A stretch of 45,674 nucleotides of DNA from Polyangiales bacterium. GTDB lineage: Bacteria; Myxococcota_A; Polyangia; Polyangiales; Polyangiaceae. Positions 20,564 to 29,851 of this stretch are shown here, piece by piece; positions within the stretch are counted from its first letter, which is position 1, and each line of letters starts with the position of its first letter. The position numbers and the translations under genes are program-made. The stretch is taken from assembly GCA_038230375.1 (NCBI GenBank), contig JBBRNJ010000073.1:1-45674 (forward strand), in the 5' to 3' direction. The notes beneath the pieces were generated by a model. The model saw nothing but the letters and a program-made list of their open reading frames with translations, had not been told where the DNA came from and did no database searches.

Positions 20564-22122
20564 CTGGCGACCATGACCCCAACGACTGCTGGCGAGCTGG
20601 ACGGGCCGCCGCCGACGGCGAGGTCCGTGCGCCCATCGCCGTTGAAGTCGTCCGCGACGAGCGCAGATATCGGAATGGGCAAGGGGCCCCCGCCGAAGGT
20701 CGTGGCGAGTGAGTAGATGGGGCCCTGCGTGAAGTTCCCGAGCCCATCGTTCAAGAGGAACGAGACAAGGCCAGTCGTGCTCGCGACTGCCAGGTCCTGC
20801 GTGGTGTCGCCATTGAAGTCGCCCGTCGCAAAGGCAACATTCGCAGCTCCCACGAAGCCCATCCATCCCGAGGGGATCCGGTTCGGGGGGAGGAGGATGT
20901 CTCCCGTTCCAGTGCCGTGATAGACGATCATCTGCGCTCCGCCATCGGCCACTGGCAGCTCCGCGGTGGCGAGGTCGCCATGCCCGTCGCCGTCGAAGTC
21001 CGCGATCGCTACGCCGCTCGGCGTGAAGATCGGGACATATGGGTGTGGAGGACCGAAGCTCCCATCGCCGTGCCCTGAACCATCCGAGTGTCCGATCGCA
21101 ACCACCAGGGAAGCAGCAGGCTGCTGACCGATCACCGCGAAATCCAGCACCCCATCACCGTTCAGATCGCCGAGCGCGAGGCCGACGAACGGCGGCAGCG
21201 GCGTGAGGCCCGTGGTGACCTGTAGCCCGAAGCCGCCATCGCCGAGGCCGCGAATGCCGACGACCGAGTCGTCCACGGCGACGGCGAGGTCCTGCCCGCC
21301 GAAGACGTTGCCGGCAATGACCGCGCTCGCGATGCCGCTGTTCTTGAACGCGGTGCTCCAGACAACCGGCCCGAACGTGCCGTCACCGCCGCCCAGCAGC
21401 AAACCCACGAACGTGTTGTCGGCGCTGACGAACGCGAGATCCGTGTGCCCATCGCCGTTGAAGTCAGCCGTGGCATGCGCGTACGCGGCCGGGCCTGGAC
21501 CCGTGGCGATCGCCGTCTGGAACGTGCCGTCGCCATTTCCCAGGAGCACGCTGACTGTCTTCGTGCCGCCACCCAGGCTCGCGACGATGTCACGCTTCTT
21601 CACGCCCCGAACATCCGCGGTGCCAAGGACGAGCCGGCTGCCTCCGGTCCCGTCCATGATCAGCGCGGGCGGTGACGCAGGAGTGAGCTGTGCCTCCGCC
21701 GAGTAGTAGCGAAACAGCATCGCGTTGCTGGCGGTGCGCCCATCGGGGGTCTTCAGTGACACGGGAACGAAGCCGAGCGGCCCCGGTGTCTTCGGCGCAG
21801 TCACGCTGAGCGTCGTGGGCGTGGTCTTCGAGACGGTGGCCTGAGCGCCCGCAATGGTGACAGTCGTTCCAGGCACGAACCCCGAGCCCGTGATGACGAG
21901 CATGGTGCCACCCTCTGCATTCGCGGTTGACGGCGTCACCTTCGCGAGCGTGAGCGTGGCCGCCTGCGACGAGCCATCGTCAACCAACGTGCCCTGCGCC
22001 TCGCTCGAAGCATCAGAGCTTGCGGGGGAGTCGTTGCCAGAGAATGAGCTGCATGCCGCTGGAAGGACGAACCCGAACAGCGCGGTCGAGGAGGCCGCGA
22101 TGATTCTCGATGCTCGGGCCAT
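20560..22122 (-). CDS. IPT/TIG + FG-GAP (VCBS) repeat lipoprotein (tandem paralogue)
   Basis: Lipobox PAAC; GGTMLVITGSGF; multiple DFNGDG..DLA repeats. Confidence 0.85.
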   Translation of the reverse strand: MARASRIIAASSTALFGFVLPAACSSFSGNDSPASSDASSEAQGTLVDDGSSQAATLTLAKVTPSTANAEGGTMLVITGSGFVPGTTVTIAGAQATVSKTTPTTLSVTAPKTPGPLGFVPVSLKTPDGRTASNAMLFRYYSAEAQLTPASPPALIMDGTGGSRLVLGTADVRGVKKRDIVASLGGGTKTVSVLLGNGDGTFQTAIATGPGPAAYAHATADFNGDGHTDLAFVSADNTFVGLLLGGGDGTFGPVVWSTAFKNSGIASAVIAGNVFGGQDLAVAVDDSVVGIRGLGDGGFGLQVTTGLTPLPPFVGLALGDLNGDGVLDFAVIGQQPAASLVVAIGHSDGSGHGDGSFGPPHPYVPIFTPSGVAIADFDGDGHGDLATAELPVADGGAQMIVYHGTGTGDILLPPNRIPSGWMGFVGAANVAFATGDFNGDTTQDLAVASTTGLVSFLLNDGLGNFTQGPIYSLATTFGGGPLPIPISALVADDFNGDGRTDLAVGGGPSSSPAVVGVMVAR

Positions 22123-22166
22123 CGAGGGCGATCATAGCACCCGACTACAGCGGCCGCGCGGGCGCC

Positions 22167-23093
22167 TCACTTGCCGATGCAGAAGATGGAGAGGCCCGGG
22201 CACCAGGGGTTAGTGACCTTCATGTCGGGCTCGTGATCGGGGCTCGTGAGGCTTTCGCCGTCTGCGCAGAGATCCTTCGTGGCCTTCTCGGCGGTGAACG
22301 CGGTGGTGAGCGTCTCGCGGAACGCGGCGCGCGTCTTGTCGTTGTCCCAGCGGCCGTCCACGCCGTCCCACTTCTTCCACTCGCGGATGAAGTTGCACGC
22401 CTGCGTGCGGCTCGGGTTGCTCTCGGTGATCGCCGTGGTGGTGGAGAGCGAATCGGGGTCCATATTCGCGGCGAGCAGCGCCTCCTTGAACGAAGCCATG
22501 ATCGCGGCGGACTCCTCGCGCGCGCACTGAAGGGCCGCGGGCTTGGTGTCGGGGTTCATGTCGGGGGCGACGCAGATGTCCATGTCCGAGAGCCACGCGT
22601 GCTGCTGGTTCGACATGCCGCTGTGCGCGCAGTTGTCCTGGATGGTGTGCATTGCGCGACCGAGCGCGTGCGCCAGGTTGTTGCCATTGGATCCTGCGGC
22701 GGGCGCCACACTCGGGTCGGGAGAACCGTCGATGTCGTTCTTCAGGATCGCGCGGACCTCGGCGCCGAGATCGTGCAGGCGCTTCTGCGCGGCAGCAGCC
22801 GCATCACACGTGGACTGTCCGAGCTCCGTCTGCGAGTGCGCGGAGAGGTCGGTCCACTCATTGTGGTCGACGTCGAACGCCTCCTGCTCGAGACGAACGC
22901 AGAACGCTTCCGGGAGCTTCGCGTCGCGGCAGGAGCGGCCGGTGATCTTGCTGTGGTCCTTCGTCTCGAGCGAGCTGGAGGTCGACTCCGCGACCGCATC
23001 ATCATCGGTAGGGGCGGCCGCACAGCCGGCTCCGATGCCGACGGCGACGAGAGCGAAGGAGAAGAAAGCGAGCTTGGCGGAGGTAGGGAGCAC
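22167..23093 (-). CDS. Lipoprotein with Zn-dependent phospholipase C / HET-C-like motif
   Basis: Lipobox GAGC; HSKIT..DVD..AHSQ..LGRAMHTIQDNCAHS. Confidence 0.6.
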   Translation of the reverse strand: MLPTSAKLAFFSFALVAVGIGAGCAAAPTDDDAVAESTSSSLETKDHSKITGRSCRDAKLPEAFCVRLEQEAFDVDHNEWTDLSAHSQTELGQSTCDAAAAAQKRLHDLGAEVRAILKNDIDGSPDPSVAPAAGSNGNNLAHALGRAMHTIQDNCAHSGMSNQQHAWLSDMDICVAPDMNPDTKPAALQCAREESAAIMASFKEALLAANMDPDSLSTTTAITESNPSRTQACNFIREWKKWDGVDGRWDNDKTRAAFRETLTTAFTAEKATKDLCADGESLTSPDHEPDMKVTNPWCPGLSIFCIGK

Positions 23094-23268
23094 TGTTGAA
23101 TCCTTGGTAAGTCCAACCGCATTGGTTGGTCATACATGTAGGATAAGCACTTCCCATTCCACACCCACACAGGCTATAAGTATGCGGAATCATTGCTGAC
23201 GACTGTCGAGCACCGCTGGAATGATCCGCTTTCAGTGGATCAAACACCAGCCAGCTCGGGATCGAGTG

Positions 23269-23352
23269 GAGGTCCAGGTCGAGGTCGAGGTCGAAGTTCA
23301 GGTCGAGGTCGAAGTTCAGGTCGAGGTCGAAGTTCAGGTCGAGGTCGAAGTC
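23269..23352. repeat. Intergenic GAGGTC-type hexamer array (14 units; 18-bp unit GAGGTCGAAGTTCAGGTC x3)
   Basis: Directly visible just past the cysQ-like stop codon. Confidence 0.9.
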
Positions 23353-23377
23353 TTCCTCGAAGCCGTCGTCGTCGCCC

Positions 23378-24205
23378 CTACCAGGCCAGCTTCTTCAACG
23401 CCTTCTCGTGCAGCTCCGGATTCCCCGCCAGCACGCCGCTCGTGTTCTTCAGCGTTCGCCCGCGGTAGTCGAACGGCTTCCCCTTCGCGGTCGTCATCAC
23501 GCCGCCCGCTCCCGTCACGATCGCCTCCGGTGCGCACGAGTCCCAGCGACAACCGGATGGACCAGGATGGCAGTAGAGGTCCACCTCGCCCGTTGCGACC
23601 TTCAGCGCCTTGCGCCCCGCGCTGCCGTACGGGATGAGCGCGCGTGTGCCCATGCGGTGCAGGATCGCGTCAGTCTTCGTGCTCTGGTGCGAGCGCGAAA
23701 CGATGCATACTGCATCTTTCAGGGAGCGCGTCTCGCTCACGTGCATGCGCGTCTTGCGTCCCGACCTTGCGACCTTGAAGCTGCCGTAGCCGTCCGTGCT
23801 TCCGATGTATGCGCGCTCCTCGGTTGGAACGACGATCACGCCGAGCCGCGCGCGCCCTTCCACCGCGAGCCCGAGCATCACGCAGAACTCGCCGTTCTTT
23901 GCGACGAACTCGCGCGTGCCGTCCAGCGGGTCCACGAAGAACGCGGCCTCTGCGTCGCGGTGGTCCGCGTACGTGGACGGGTCGCTCTCTTCTGCCACGA
24001 TGGGCACATGCGGGAAGGCGCGCGAGAGCTCGCGGATCAGACACGCGTTCGCCTGCTTGTCCGCGCGCGTGACGGGATCGTTCACGCCCTTCATCTCCAC
24101 GCCGAAGTCCGCCTCGCCGTAGATCTTCTGGATGATGCGCGTGGCCTTCCACGCTGCCACGAGCATCTTCTCGAGCGCAGGCCCCGTGTCCTGCCACCGG
24201 CTCAT
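23378..24205 (-). CDS. cysQ: 3'(2'),5'-bisphosphate nucleotidase / inositol monophosphatase family
   Basis: DPVTRAD, AEES, FVDPLDGTREF, SRSH, GSAG.K, WDSCAPEA. Confidence 0.85.
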   Translation of the reverse strand: MSRWQDTGPALEKMLVAAWKATRIIQKIYGEADFGVEMKGVNDPVTRADKQANACLIRELSRAFPHVPIVAEESDPSTYADHRDAEAAFFVDPLDGTREFVAKNGEFCVMLGLAVEGRARLGVIVVPTEERAYIGSTDGYGSFKVARSGRKTRMHVSETRSLKDAVCIVSRSHQSTKTDAILHRMGTRALIPYGSAGRKALKVATGEVDLYCHPGPSGCRWDSCAPEAIVTGAGGVMTTAKGKPFDYRGRTLKNTSGVLAGNPELHEKALKKLAW

Positions 24206-24215
24206 ACCAGCGGCC

Positions 24216-25172
24216 TCATACGTGAATACCGGCTTTTTCCAGGGTCTGCGTGAGCTCGCGCAGGTCGTCGTCGGGGAGGTATCTCGGCCCGCCGCCCGTC
24301 TCGCGCACCAGCTCCGTGAGCTGCTGCTCGGTCCTGGGCCCAAGGATCACGGCGGACACCAGGTGGCTCGAGAGCACGAAGCGGATGGCAGCGCCGCGCA
24401 GCGTCTCCACGTCTCCGCGCACCAGGTGCCGCAGCGAGCCCACGTCCGACACGCGTCGCTCCAGCTCCAGGCGCGTCCAGCGCTCCTGGCGATGATCGCC
24501 CTCGGTGAACTCCGTGTCCTTCGTCCAGTTCCCCGCGAGGAGCCCGTACGAGAGCGGCGAGTGCGCGAGCAGCCCCACGCGCGACACCATGATGTCGCCA
24601 CCGACGCGGTTCACGTCGGACTGGTGGAGCAGGTTGTACGTCATGGAGAGGACCTCGGCGCCCTTGTCCACGGCAGCGCGCGCCACATCCAGATCGCCGG
24701 CGGACACGCCCCAGTGACGGAGCTTGCCCTCCTTCTTCAGCGTGTCCATCGCGGACGCCGCCTCACCCACGGAGAGCGCGTCCGGGCTGGGGTTGTGGAG
24801 CAGGTATACGTCGAGGGCGTCGCGCTTCAGTCGCTTCAGCGAGCGCTCCACCGCGCCGCGTAGATACTCCAGCGTGTAGCGCTTGGTGGGCGGATCCGTC
24901 CCGCGCTCCACCCCGCCGCGCGTGACCACGGTGACGTCCTTCTTTCCTTCGAGCACGCGGCCAAGGAGCGCTTCCATCTTGCCTGCGCCGTACACATCCG
25001 CCGTGTCCACGAGGTTGACGCCGATGTCGAGCGCGCGCGCGATGACGGCCTCGGTCTCTTTTTCGTCCATGCCCTCCGACGGGAGGCCCCAGCCGTCGCG
25101 CGACAGACCCCAGGTACCGAGCGCCAGCTCCGACACGACGATGCCGGTCTTTCCGAGGGGGCGAGATCGCAC
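24216..25172 (-). CDS. Aldo/keto reductase
   Basis: LGKTGIVVSELALGTWG, DTADVYG, SLKRL..DVYLLHNP, GVS, YNLL, SPLSYGLL. Confidence 0.92.
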   Translation of the reverse strand: MRSRPLGKTGIVVSELALGTWGLSRDGWGLPSEGMDEKETEAVIARALDIGVNLVDTADVYGAGKMEALLGRVLEGKKDVTVVTRGGVERGTDPPTKRYTLEYLRGAVERSLKRLKRDALDVYLLHNPSPDALSVGEAASAMDTLKKEGKLRHWGVSAGDLDVARAAVDKGAEVLSMTYNLLHQSDVNRVGGDIMVSRVGLLAHSPLSYGLLAGNWTKDTEFTEGDHRQERWTRLELERRVSDVGSLRHLVRGDVETLRGAAIRFVLSSHLVSAVILGPRTEQQLTELVRETGGGPRYLPDDDLRELTQTLEKAGIHV

Positions 25173-25343
25173 GGTTTTCTTGTACCACGTATCTTTCCGT
25201 GATTGTCAGGCGCGTGGCGCTTGACGCCGGGCAAATTACGCGCGATTCACGTGCGCGACAGGTCTTGCGCCCTGCCTCCGAGGCAAGGCGACAGGTTATA
25301 CGCGCGGGGAGAGTCCCTGCGCTTTTTGGTGGAGGTTAAATCT

Positions 25344-26525
25344 ATGCGCAGCAGCAGCATCATCGGTCTCGTCGTGTTCGGTTTGTTGGCGTCCGCATGT
25401 GGGGACAAGGATCAGGCGCCGCCGCCGAAGACCCCGGAGACCACGGCCGTTGCGACCACCACCGCGCCGCCGCCCCCGCCGGTCGACACCACACCGGCGC
25501 CGCCGCCGCCCGCGCCGAAGCCGACGATGGCGGAGCTCCAGCAGAAGGCTGGTCAGACCATCATGGAGGGCTTCAACTCCCACGACGCGAAGAAGGCCGC
25601 GAGCATCTACGCGGACGACGCGACGTTCCGCATGGCAGGCGCGCCCGCTGACGCCAAGGGTCGCGACGCGGTCCAGGCCGGCATGCAGAACCTGTTCGAC
25701 AGCTTCTCCAACTTCAAGGCTGCGACGCAGTTCGTGTTCGCGAAGGGCGACGTCCTTGTCGCCGTCTGGAACATGACGGGCACGCACTCCGGCAACTTCA
25801 TGGGCGTCAAGGCGACCGAGAAGCCCGTGGGCTGGACCGGCGCGAGCGTGCTCTGGTTCAACGCGGACGGCATGGTGAAGGAAGAGCACGTCTACTGGGA
25901 CATGGGCACCGTGATGGCGCAGATCGGCGCCGCGCCGAAGGGCATGAAGGCCCGCGCGATCCCCGCGCTCGCCGCGCAGCCCACGATGTTCGCGTCCACC
26001 AGCAGCGACACGGAGCAGAAGAACCTCGACGCGTTCAAGATGTGGTACGGCAGCTTCGAGCAGAAGACGTCCGACGCGTTCGTCGCGCCGCTCACGGAGG
26101 ACACCGAGTGGGACGACCTGGCGAACCCCATGGGTGTCATGAAGGGCACCAAGCTCGCGAAGCAGTACTTCACCGACCTGAAGAAGGGCTTCCCGGACGT
26201 CAAGGTCCAGGTCGCGAACGCCTGGGCGGTCGCTGACTTCGTCATCACCGAGAACGTGATGACCGGCACGCAGACGGGCCCGTTCATGGGCAAGCCGGCG
26301 AGCAAGAAGGCGCTCAACCTCCACGGCGTCGACATCGCCCAGATCAAGGACGGCAAGGTCGTCAAGGGCTGGTCGTTCGCGAACGGCGCCGAGATGGGCA
26401 TGCAGCTCGGCTGGATCAAGATGCCGGACCCGAACGCGAAGGCGGCGGACCCCAAGGCCGTGACCCCCGCGAAGCCCGCGACGCCCGCCAAGCCGGCGAC
26501 GCCCGCAACGCCCGCGAAGAAGTAA
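25344..26525 (+). CDS. Lipoprotein with two SnoaL/ester-cyclase (NTF2-like) domains
   Basis: GGAGG RBS, lipobox ASAC, Pro-rich linker, MTGTHSGNFMGVKAT and MTGTQTGPFMGKPAS, PATPAK tail. Confidence 0.88.
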   Translation: MRSSSIIGLVVFGLLASACGDKDQAPPPKTPETTAVATTTAPPPPPVDTTPAPPPPAPKPTMAELQQKAGQTIMEGFNSHDAKKAASIYADDATFRMAGAPADAKGRDAVQAGMQNLFDSFSNFKAATQFVFAKGDVLVAVWNMTGTHSGNFMGVKATEKPVGWTGASVLWFNADGMVKEEHVYWDMGTVMAQIGAAPKGMKARAIPALAAQPTMFASTSSDTEQKNLDAFKMWYGSFEQKTSDAFVAPLTEDTEWDDLANPMGVMKGTKLAKQYFTDLKKGFPDVKVQVANAWAVADFVITENVMTGTQTGPFMGKPASKKALNLHGVDIAQIKDGKVVKGWSFANGAEMGMQLGWIKMPDPNAKAADPKAVTPAKPATPAKPATPATPAKK

Positions 26526-26542
26526 TTCTTCTGCGTGAGTGA

Positions 26543-26577
26543 GAGAGCCCGCGGTGCCAGGAGCATCGCGGGCTTTC
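26543..26577. terminator. Hairpin terminator between convergent genes
   Basis: GAGAGCCCGCGGTGC-CAGGA-GCATCGCGGGCTTTC 15-bp stem with two G-U pairs. Confidence 0.7.
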
Positions 26578-26636
26578 CGCTATTTGGCGCTACGATCTTG
26601 ATGTGGATGCGGACTATGAAAAGCGGGCTGCCGTAG

Positions 26637-28673
26637 CTACTTTTGTGGGGTCGCGTGCTCTGCGAAGAACCAGTGGTACGCGCCGATGGTTCCCTCGGTG
26701 ATCACGAGCTCGACTTGCGTGTTTGCGCTCGCGACGTCGCCGCTGATCGCGAATGGCGCCTCCACCCACTCCGTGTCCGCGAAGGCGATGTCCGTGACCT
26801 TCTTGCCGCCGACGCGGATCTCTCCTTTCACGCTCGCGTCGCCGCGGAGCCGCGCGAGACCCACGATCGCGGTGCCCGCGGGGAGCTTCACGTGGAAGAG
26901 CTCGTGGTTGCGGTTCGTGCGTCCGCCGTCCACCACCGGATGACCGTCGGGCGCGCTGGACTCCATGATGGCCTCCTCACCGTCGCGGGCGCCGAGCAGC
27001 TCGTAGCCGTGCTCCTTCTCGCTCTCCAGATCCGCGACGTCCAGCGTGTCGACGACTGTGCCCACGGCAGTCCACGGGGCCTCACCGCTCCCGAGCAGCG
27101 CGTAGTTCGCCTTGTAGACGCGCATGGTCTGGCCGCCGAGGATGCTGGAGTCGGTGACGACGGCCTCGTGCAGCGCCGGGCCGAAGACCGTGTCGGTCGC
27201 CATCCACTCCGGGTACACGATGAAGTGCGTGGGCAACGCGGAGGGTTGCGTGCGCAGCAGCCGCTCGTAGTGCTCGTAGCGTGACGCCGCGCCAGCGACC
27301 CAGTACGGTGCCTCGCTCGGAGTGGTGAGGCCAACTATGTCGAAGGTACGACGGTCCGAAAAATAGGCGACCGCGCCCGTGTCGTTCACGCCGATGCGCG
27401 CGTCCTCTGGCAGGTTCTCCTTGGCCCAGCGCCCAAGCGCGGCCTGCTGGCGATCGATGCCGCTCGCGCTCTGCGCGATGTCTTCCTTGACCCACTCGTA
27501 GTGATCCAGGAAGACGCCCATCACGCCGCCCGCGAGCACGAGCGAGATCGCCTGGAAGCGGATGCGCAGCCGCGACACGACCTCGCCCAGCAGATGGCAG
27601 AGACACATCACGCCGATGATGAGCCCGGGCGAGAACGGCCAGAGGTAGCGCAGGCGGTTCCAGAGGAACGTGACGTACGCGCACGGGATGAACATGCCGA
27701 GTCCGAACGCGAGCACCAGCGCGCCGCGCACCGGAGCTCGCTTGCGGGTGCCCGAGACGATGGCGGCGGAGAGACCGAGCAGCACGACGGGCGCGCCGCC
27801 CTTGGGCAGGAACTCGGCGGACCACACCTCGCCGTTCCAGATCTGCGTGACAAGGATCCGCACGTTGGCTTCGATGGACGCGCCGAGCGCGTAGTACGGG
27901 TTCCCCGGAAGCAGCTTCACCTGCGCAGTGCTGCTCGAGGCACTGCCAGTCAGGAGCCACAGGAAGAGCGGGTTCGCGCCAGCAGCGGCCGCCATGATGA
28001 GCCCGCGCGCACGCGAACGGAGCGTGTTTTCAGCGGGAAACGCGACCACCACGGCGGCCACGAGGAGCGCGTAGGCCTGGCCCTCTGGACGCAGCAGCGC
28101 CATCACGAGCGTCACGATCGCGAGCGAGCGGAGGCGCTTCTTCGTTCGCTCTGCGGGCGCGACCTCGCTCCATTCACTTGCAAGGCGAAGCGAACGCGCG
28201 ATGGCCCATGCGAATGGCACGACCTCCATCCCGCTCGCGGCGCACCACACGAGCCCACCGAAGGTGAGCACCCCGAGAGCCGCTGCCCATCCCATGACGC
28301 GCGACGTGAGCTTCTCCGTGAGCTGCTGCGACTCGTACGCAAGGCCACCGAGCGCGCCAAAGCCGAAGAGCCACGCGGCCCATGTGAGCGAGGCGCCCTT
28401 GAGGCCCAGCAGCCAGAACGGCGCGAGCATGAGCGGCCACAGCAAGCTGGTAGCTCCGCTCGAGCGCACCGCGTCCGCTTGAAAGCGGAGCGGGTGACCC
28501 TCTGCGATCGCGCGCGCGTACTGGAAATGAATGTACGCGTCGTCGAGCGTGGGCGCGGCGTAGCCGACCTTCTCGCGCACGGCGTGGATGACGCTGAAAG
28601 CTAGCGCCGCAGTGGCGAGCGCGATCGGCAGCGCGCCCAGGACGCGGTTCGCGCGTGTCTCCCGGTTCTCCAC
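26637..28673 (-). CDS. GT-C-type polytopic membrane glycosyltransferase (DDAYI family)
   Basis: LDDAYIHFQYAR..GATS..W after TM1; SGME, RPEG, RY motifs; DTGAVAYFS..DIVGL; many TM helices and a soluble C-terminal domain. Confidence 0.75.
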   Translation of the reverse strand: MENRETRANRVLGALPIALATAALAFSVIHAVREKVGYAAPTLDDAYIHFQYARAIAEGHPLRFQADAVRSSGATSLLWPLMLAPFWLLGLKGASLTWAAWLFGFGALGGLAYESQQLTEKLTSRVMGWAAALGVLTFGGLVWCAASGMEVVPFAWAIARSLRLASEWSEVAPAERTKKRLRSLAIVTLVMALLRPEGQAYALLVAAVVVAFPAENTLRSRARGLIMAAAAGANPLFLWLLTGSASSSTAQVKLLPGNPYYALGASIEANVRILVTQIWNGEVWSAEFLPKGGAPVVLLGLSAAIVSGTRKRAPVRGALVLAFGLGMFIPCAYVTFLWNRLRYLWPFSPGLIIGVMCLCHLLGEVVSRLRIRFQAISLVLAGGVMGVFLDHYEWVKEDIAQSASGIDRQQAALGRWAKENLPEDARIGVNDTGAVAYFSDRRTFDIVGLTTPSEAPYWVAGAASRYEHYERLLRTQPSALPTHFIVYPEWMATDTVFGPALHEAVVTDSSILGGQTMRVYKANYALLGSGEAPWTAVGTVVDTLDVADLESEKEHGYELLGARDGEEAIMESSAPDGHPVVDGGRTNRNHELFHVKLPAGTAIVGLARLRGDASVKGEIRVGGKKVTDIAFADTEWVEAPFAISGDVASANTQVELVITEGTIGAYHWFFAEHATPQK

Positions 28674-28686
28674 TGCAATGGACCTG

Positions 28687-29826
28687 TCAGCGGTCCTTCA
28701 CGACATCGAGCACTGTAGAGACCACCATCCCCTGCGCCACATCATCCAGCTTGTCATGCAGCGGCAGGGTGAGCGCGCGGGCGAAGAGGTCGTCCGTCAC
28801 GGGGAAATCGCCCGGGACGTGGCCGTACTTGGACTTGAAGTAGGTGGTCATCGGCATGTGGTAGGTGCCGATCGTGGTCTCGATGCCGCGCTCCCGCAGC
28901 GTCTTGATGATGTCGGCGCGCTGCGGCGCTGCGGCGGCCGGCAGGAGCGTGACGTAGGACTGGTACGCGTGCGCATCGCCCTCTTGCACGGCCGGAGGCG
29001 GCGTGACGTTTGTGTCTTTGAACGCCTCGTTGTACTTCGCGGCCAGCGCGCGGCGCTTCTCCAGCAAGCGGTCCAGCTTGGACAGCTGCGTCACGCCGAG
29101 CGCGGCCTGGAACTCCGTCATGCGCGTGTTGAAGCCCGGCATGATGAAGTCCGGCGTCGCGGCATCCGGATCCAGGCCGTGGTTGCGGAGCGCGCGCAGG
29201 TGCTTCGCGATGCTCGCGTCATGCGTGGTGACGACACCGCCTTCCCCGGTGGTGATCGCCTTCCGCGGATGAAAGCTGAAGCAGCCCATGAGCCCGATGC
29301 TGCCGGCCTCCCTCTTGACGTGGCGAGCACCGAGCGCGCACGCGGCGTCCTCGATCACCGGAACGCCGTGATTCTGGGCGATCGCGGTGATGCGCGTGAG
29401 ATCCGCGACCCGGCCGAACGCGTGCACGGGAATGATGGCGCGGATGTGTCGCTTCACCTCTGCGCTCTTCGTCAGCCGCGACAGGGCCTCTTCCAGCGCG
29501 TCCGGCGACATGTTGAAGGAGTGCGGCTCGATGTCCACGAACACGGGCTGCGCGCCACACAGCTCCACCACGTTCGCCGTGGTCAACCACGAGAACGCGG
29601 GCACGAGAACGATGTCGCCTGCGCGGACGCTGAGCGCGAGCAGCGCAAGATGCAGCGCGGCCGTGCAGTTCGTCACGGCGACCGCGTGCGGTACGTTCAC
29701 GCGCTCCGCGAAGGCCTTCTCGAACGCGGCGACGCGCGCGCCTTGCACCAGGAACCCCGTCTCGAGCACCTCGCGTACGGCGGAAAAATCGTCTTCTTCG
29801 AGGACCGGGACGTTCAGGCGAATCAT
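28687..29826 (-). CDS. DegT/DnrJ/EryC1/StrS nucleotide-sugar aminotransferase
   Basis: NCTAALHLAL, IPVHAFG, IEDAACALG, SFHPRKAITTGEGG (PLP Lys), GFNTRM. Confidence 0.95.
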   Translation of the reverse strand: MIRLNVPVLEEDDFSAVREVLETGFLVQGARVAAFEKAFAERVNVPHAVAVTNCTAALHLALLALSVRAGDIVLVPAFSWLTTANVVELCGAQPVFVDIEPHSFNMSPDALEEALSRLTKSAEVKRHIRAIIPVHAFGRVADLTRITAIAQNHGVPVIEDAACALGARHVKREAGSIGLMGCFSFHPRKAITTGEGGVVTTHDASIAKHLRALRNHGLDPDAATPDFIMPGFNTRMTEFQAALGVTQLSKLDRLLEKRRALAAKYNEAFKDTNVTPPPAVQEGDAHAYQSYVTLLPAAAAPQRADIIKTLRERGIETTIGTYHMPMTTYFKSKYGHVPGDFPVTDDLFARALTLPLHDKLDDVAQGMVVSTVLDVVKDR

Positions 29827-29851
29827 GGGTTTTGGTGCGGCCTTTTGCAGG

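Noticed and set aside
19004..22122. Diversity-generating retroelement TR/VR pair
   Set aside because: No reverse transcriptase, and the shared segment is coding in both paralogues
23193..23637. ORFs across the intergenic hexamer array
   Set aside because: Low-complexity, antisense to cysQ, with no RBS or domain
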